A stretch of DNA of 32,000 bases. Origin: an uncultured archaeon (lineage in GTDB: Archaea > Asgardarchaeota > Thorarchaeia > Thorarchaeales > Thorarchaeaceae). Each line of letters starts with the position of its first letter. The first letter of the stretch is position 1. The notes beneath the pieces were generated by a model that had not been told where the DNA came from, ran no database searches, and saw only the letters and a program-made list of their open reading frames with translations. The translations under genes were made by a program, and so were the position numbers. This document shows, piece after piece, positions 27,674-32,000 of the stretch. The stretch is taken from assembly GCA_964354495.1 (NCBI GenBank), contig CAYHAA010000015.1:46223-78222 (forward strand). Direction: 5' to 3'.

Positions 27674-27926
27674 AGATAGATAAATTCCGTTTACTTAACT
27701 CCACTCCCAGTCACCTTGCCCGGTTCTGTTTGTTGTAGGAGCTTACTGCTCACAATCATAAACACTTCTAGCTATCTCTTTCTTCTTCTTTGGATTCAAT
27801 GCCAAATTGCACAATACTTGCTCCAGCTCGATGCGAATGATTGGTTGGATAGAACAATAGATGATATGTATGAACAAACAAAGCATATAGTATATCATTA
27901 GATGAATCAATTGCAGGTTAGAACCA

Positions 27927-28640
27927 ATGCTCACTAGAATTAAGAGATGGATGAAGAGAAGAGAGATCGAGGAAGAAGTCGAATGGGAATATCATAGAGC
28001 GATTGCAGGTTTTAATCCCGATGAGGCAGATTCGATAGATTATGGTTCAAACCTTGAACATGATGAGTTAGCAGAACCAAGCATTGTGTCCGAGTTCATT
28101 CAGTCAGAAGGAACTAGAATGGAGCATGTCCATAGGGCATTAATCAACCTGGAAAGAGATGACATCTACCAAGCGATGCTAGACATGTCCATTGCTGTCG
28201 AAACGATGTTAAAGACGGTTCTGGTAATAAAGAAGCCCAATGTGAAAATGTCTGAATTGATCAGTAAGTTTTCCAAAAGAGTAAGCTACAAAGACCTCGA
28301 GATGACATCGTCACAATTCAAATCAATGATTGATTTAATTCACGAGATTCGGATTATTTCAAACGCATTCAAGCACGGGGTAGATAGAAACGGAAGTCGA
28401 CACCCCTCTGGAACAGAAACAGCAAAGAAGTTTTATCCATTGTCAAAACAACAGGCTTCAGAGATGATCGAATTCCTTTCAATAGCCATCGAAAAGGCGT
28501 ACTCATGGCACAATCGGGCAATTGGAGTAAAGAAGAAAGAAGTGCACTACTATCATCAGGACCATATCATTTGCTCACATTGTGGCCGCAGAAATGACGC
28601 CCATCGCAACGATTGTGAATACTGCGGTGCAGCCCTATGA
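27927..28640 (+). CDS. HEPN/DUF4145-like helical protein with a C-terminal double zinc ribbon
   Basis: AMLDMSIAVETMLK helix, EIRIISNAFKHG motif, then CSHC...CEYC. Confidence 0.55.
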   Translation: MLTRIKRWMKRREIEEEVEWEYHRAIAGFNPDEADSIDYGSNLEHDELAEPSIVSEFIQSEGTRMEHVHRALINLERDDIYQAMLDMSIAVETMLKTVLVIKKPNVKMSELISKFSKRVSYKDLEMTSSQFKSMIDLIHEIRIISNAFKHGVDRNGSRHPSGTETAKKFYPLSKQQASEMIEFLSIAIEKAYSWHNRAIGVKKKEVHYYHQDHIICSHCGRRNDAHRNDCEYCGAAL

Positions 28641-28658
28641 GCCGATTGAACAGACAAT

Positions 28659-29351
28659 CTACTTGAGGTTTTCTAGCAATATTCTGACTGCATAGGTCAG
28701 GCCCATTAGATTGATTCCTTTAGTGGGATATATTAGCTCCAAAGGGTGATAGCTACATCTGGCTCCACGTTTCTTTGCGTAAGCCAAGGAATTACCAATC
28801 TCAGAAGCGACACATTTCTCAAGGTACTGGGGCCTGAACTCCTTCGGGTTAGTTCTAGTCATAATGAACATGATGAATTTTATTTTCCTTCGAAACTTCA
28901 ACGGCCTGAAGATTTGTTCTATTGCAGAGCCAAATGAACGGGCCTGTTTAGCGACAGCTGGTCGACCACTCACAACGTTCCGGTTCTTTCTACCGCTTCC
29001 ACCCTTGAGCTCAGGTCTTATGAAAAAAAGAACCCCTTGAGAGTCGCAGATGGCATTCTCAATAGCCCGCGATGAATATTGGAATTCTTGAAGTGAGATG
29101 CTTTTTTCTACTATCTCTATTTTCAAACCAGAGTGAAGTTGAATTAGTGAAATGTAATCACTGGTTGTTGGAGATACTTTTACGGATTTTCCAGCCAAGG
29201 CCGAAGCCATGACCATACCGTAATCAGGATGTCGCGGCTCAAGATAGCCTTTGTCCAAATTACTAAGAACGTGAGCAATACCAATTGTGAAAAGTGTCTT
29301 TCCACTTCCAGGCCAACCTATCAAAGTGACTCTCTTGGGCATCAGAATCAC
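28659..29351 (-). CDS. TRAFAC-type P-loop GTPase paralog with degenerate G3/G4 (probable pseudo-GTPase)
   Basis: G1 GWPGSGKT, G2-like SPTTS, no DxxG (EKSIS instead), G4 position MTRTN. The GTG start overlaps the upstream TGA (29348-29351); alternative ATG at 29342. Confidence 0.75.
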   Translation of the reverse strand: MILMPKRVTLIGWPGSGKTLFTIGIAHVLSNLDKGYLEPRHPDYGMVMASALAGKSVKVSPTTSDYISLIQLHSGLKIEIVEKSISLQEFQYSSRAIENAICDSQGVLFFIRPELKGGSGRKNRNVVSGRPAVAKQARSFGSAIEQIFRPLKFRRKIKFIMFIMTRTNPKEFRPQYLEKCVASEIGNSLAYAKKRGARCSYHPLELIYPTKGINLMGLTYAVRILLENLK

Positions 29352-30319
29352 TTCTTGAAACTCTTCATGAGTTTTTCAACTCGTTCGATGTCAGCTAGCA
29401 CCTTGTCCAGATTTGGTTCAATACCAGCCATCTCGCTGAAGCTCGTGATTTCACCTCTGACCACATTTTGGATAATCCGAATCTGACTGCTTTGGGGAAT
29501 ACCAAACCAACTTGGACCTAGTATTTCTCTTACGAGTAAATCATAAACAGCTCTTCTTTTCGTCTTTGGAACTACTTCTTTGTTGAGCAGGTCAATAACG
29601 CATGCCTTCTGCGACCTGATAAGAGATTGCGCTTCCTTCGCAATATTGAATTCGCTTCCGGCAGCTTCTATGCCCCTCAGTCTCGCTGTTGATTTTGTCT
29701 TCAAACCAGATGCACATAATGATTCAAAGGAGTTGTTTCTGCCAAAACCGAGGCCTATTGATGTGTAGATAAAGTCCATGAAGTCTAGGAGCTTTTGAAG
29801 CTTGGAATAAATAATGTATGTAGTCTTACTGCCAGCAATAGTCGGCAGGGACATGCTGAGGAATGACTCTGTATAGTCTGCAAGTAGGGATTTCTTCGTA
29901 GTGGACCATGTTTCTGTGTCGTATGCCCTTGGCAATTCAGCGACAGTTTCATTTATTTCCTGTTCAGAGGGCAATCTTCTCTTAGATACTAACTTGTCCA
30001 GCCAGCGGAAGGCGGCGACTGGACTAACACGAATACTAGGGGAGTCAGAAACCAAAACATGAGAAACAAGATTAGGACGTCCAAACTGATCATCTTCCCC
30101 TTTCGTAACTACACCAACAGCAAGGAAAGTTTCACCAACTGGGAGGATACTATAGGCCCTAATCCCAGCGCGAATATACCAATCAGATGGCATGTCGATT
30201 GGTAGTGATTGGTCTTCCAATTGCCGAATTATGTTTCTGTTGGCATTGCCGACGACTTCGGCTGGCTGTTGAAATGGCCTTTTTACAAAGGCATTAGTCA
30301 CTGTTTTTTCCCCTGCCAT
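29348..30319 (-). CDS. Hypothetical GTPase-associated protein (GAP1-N / uDENN-like motif)
   Basis: Beta-rich N-domain ending in AVGVVTKGEDDQFGRPNLVSHVLV; sandwiched between and overlapping two GTPase genes. Confidence 0.55.
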   Translation of the reverse strand: MAGEKTVTNAFVKRPFQQPAEVVGNANRNIIRQLEDQSLPIDMPSDWYIRAGIRAYSILPVGETFLAVGVVTKGEDDQFGRPNLVSHVLVSDSPSIRVSPVAAFRWLDKLVSKRRLPSEQEINETVAELPRAYDTETWSTTKKSLLADYTESFLSMSLPTIAGSKTTYIIYSKLQKLLDFMDFIYTSIGLGFGRNNSFESLCASGLKTKSTARLRGIEAAGSEFNIAKEAQSLIRSQKACVIDLLNKEVVPKTKRRAVYDLLVREILGPSWFGIPQSSQIRIIQNVVRGEITSFSEMAGIEPNLDKVLADIERVEKLMKSFKK

Positions 30320-31089
30320 TTTCGATACTTCTCACGCTTCTTAGCCCGTGGGCCGGTTTTTTCCCAATCTGCATTTGGGTCATAAAAGACATCGATTGTT
30401 TGTCCCTCCACTTTGCATATTGAAGATAGCATGTCGTAGAATAAAGGCTCAAGACCCCAAGGCTCCAGTTCGTTCATTGTCCCTCTACTTTCGACTTCAA
30501 GCATACTTAGATTAATACCCTTTCGTCTTACATCATTAACCAGTGGTCCTAGCTGTTTCGTCACGAAGTATCTGATTTTGTGTATCGAATGATTATGGAG
30601 AGCCCGTTTTGTGAAGACAAGTCCCATATACTTGATTTTTTTCTCATTCTCCAACATATAGTCAATGGCATTTACTAGAGGATATACTTGATCACCAATA
30701 GCAGGACCAAGGTCTTGGGCTTTGGACGGATCTATGGTAATAAGTACTGCTGAAGCTCCCCTGACTGATTCTTTGAACACATCTGTAGAACGTGCGTAAT
30801 CATCACCCCTAATGTCCCGAATCCTTAATGTCAATCCTCCCCAACCCGTCTTGATTCTCGAGCCTTTATAGAAAACATCATTGAATCGCATTTCGTAATC
30901 ATTCTGCTTTATCGTGGGAGGTAAGGGCTTGCCAGAAAGAACACTACTCATCCATAAACCCCATTCTGGTGGGCGCTTGTCTTGAGTCCAACCAATGTGA
31001 GTGAACTGGTGAAATGCTGCGAGAAACAGGTTTGACTTTCCCGAACCGGGATTGCCTATTAATGATGCTGCTTTCCCCATCTCCATCAT
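30298..31089 (-). CDS. TRAFAC-class GTPase (double-GTPase-like)
   Basis: G1 GNPGSGKS, G2 LPPT, G3 RIRDIRG, ASAVLITIDP, G4 LVFTKR. Confidence 0.85.
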   Translation of the reverse strand: MMEMGKAASLIGNPGSGKSNLFLAAFHQFTHIGWTQDKRPPEWGLWMSSVLSGKPLPPTIKQNDYEMRFNDVFYKGSRIKTGWGGLTLRIRDIRGDDYARSTDVFKESVRGASAVLITIDPSKAQDLGPAIGDQVYPLVNAIDYMLENEKKIKYMGLVFTKRALHNHSIHKIRYFVTKQLGPLVNDVRRKGINLSMLEVESRGTMNELEPWGLEPLFYDMLSSICKVEGQTIDVFYDPNADWEKTGPRAKKREKYRKWQGKKQ

Positions 31090-31527
31090 CTTTAACTAAT
31101 CGGTTCGAAGAGACAATTCAGAGTTTCAGAGATAAGGCTATTTCAGATAGAGAAGTGTGAGGATCTCCCAATATAGAAGACCTTCAATCTACATGTGAGA
31201 AGAGCCTTCTTAGCATGAATCAGTTTAGATGGCCAGCGTTATTTCGTGACACTTTCAACTGCATCATATCGGGGAGCGCTCAACAACATGTATAGTGTAG
31301 CTCCTTGCAAGCTACACCCTGCCATTTCTACTTCGTATTCATTTCAAGCCTACCTGCAGTTCGACTCATCCACTATTAGGAACATCCGCGGACTCTCCGG
31401 GCCTTGATGATTGGCCAGTCGTTGGGAGTAAGGACTTCCCAAGTGAGAAGTTATAGGCAAGAATCATAGAGACATACAGGGGCGTGAATCCTTGGAGAAG
31501 AGCAATATCTGTTCATTCCTGAAAGCC

Positions 31528-31749
31528 ATGTTGATTATTGAGGGGATAGGATTCCTAATTGGAGGAACGTTTGTAACAAACATGCATCCATACTGGATGC
31601 AGCAGGCAGTAGTTCTAGATCTGTGGTTGTTTGTCTTCACCGCAATTGTGTGGTGGGCTATCTGTCGGAGAGGCAAGAAGTCACAGTCAAAAGGAGCACC
31701 CCAGAATACTCAGACACCAAGCGACACTTGGCTTAAAGAGCAGGAATAA
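31528..31749 (+). CDS. Small 2-TM membrane protein
   Basis: Two TM helices followed by RRGKK. The track start is 31492. Confidence 0.6.
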   Translation: MLIIEGIGFLIGGTFVTNMHPYWMQQAVVLDLWLFVFTAIVWWAICRRGKKSQSKGAPQNTQTPSDTWLKEQE

Positions 31750-31779
31750 AGATCTCATCTATGTCAAATCTGGAGAATA

Positions 31780-32000
31780 CTATCGCCACTGAATCTTGCC
31801 TAGAAGTGGTATCAGAGCACGAGCCGCCTTGGCTCCCTTGAATCTGGCGGCTGCAGTAAGAGTCACCTCTGGATCCAAGCCTAACTTCATAAGACCTGGA
31901 CAGCCGAACAGACCCGATATATCCAAAGAGGTGAATTCATTCTTAGTAAGAGTCAGGTTCCGCAGTTTCCTGCACTTCTTGAGGGGTGAGAGGTCTATGC
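31780..32000 (-). CDS. C-terminus of a leucine-rich-repeat protein (5'-truncated; absent from the ORF track)
   Basis: The minus frame reads IDLSPLKKCRKLRNLTLTKNEFTSLDISGLFGCPGLMKLGLDPEVTLTAAARFKGAKAARALIPLLGKIQWR*, with the LxxLxLxxN consensus. Confidence 0.85.
   Translation of the reverse strand, partial: IDLSPLKKCRKLRNLTLTKNEFTSLDISGLFGCPGLMKLGLDPEVTLTAAARFKGAKAARALIPLLGKIQWR

Noticed and set aside
30348-30356. GTGGGCCGG match to the tRNA-Pro 3' end as a possible att site
   Set aside because: Only 9 bp and inside a coding region; such a match can arise by chance, and no integrase is present.
31295-31321. tRNA-like fragment (GGGTGTAGCT on the minus strand)
   Set aside because: A simple hairpin with no T-arm or acceptor complement.
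1-32000. CRISPR array, rRNA, integrase or tnpA
   Set aside because: No regularly spaced direct repeats, rRNA-like sequence, tyrosine or serine recombinase motifs, or HUH transposase motifs were seen by eye.

Overview
Archaeal window, most likely an Asgard archaeon of the Thorarchaeia type. This is an inference from the bulge-helix-bulge (BHB) tRNA introns, the archaeal-type XRE regulator, the 'IDLSPL' leucine-rich repeats and the Thr-linker/C-terminal-TM surface protein; no marker gene was tested. About 1-7.3 kb is housekeeping: dCMP deaminase end, pyrB, XRE regulator, tRNA-Pro(UGG) with two introns, GH13 alpha-glucosidase and oligoendopeptidase F. About 7.3-32 kb is accessory-like: two PD-(D/E)XK-type proteins, an HNH nuclease behind a hairpin cluster, a large papain-family surface protease with nested domains, an HhH glycosylase, a HerA-like ATPase fused to two winged helices, a solo TnpB, a PIN fusion, decayed small membrane genes, a HEPN-like protein, a coupled GTPase / GAP1- or uDENN-like / pseudo-GTPase operon, and the end of an LRR gene. 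The strongest leads are (1) the TnpB with the Fanzor-type rearranged RuvC site (G at RuvC-II, E in VPEAWTS) and a highly structured 3' omega-RNA region, (2) the double-GTPase three-gene module, and (3) the two-intron tRNA. All family calls are by motif recognition only; no database searches were run.
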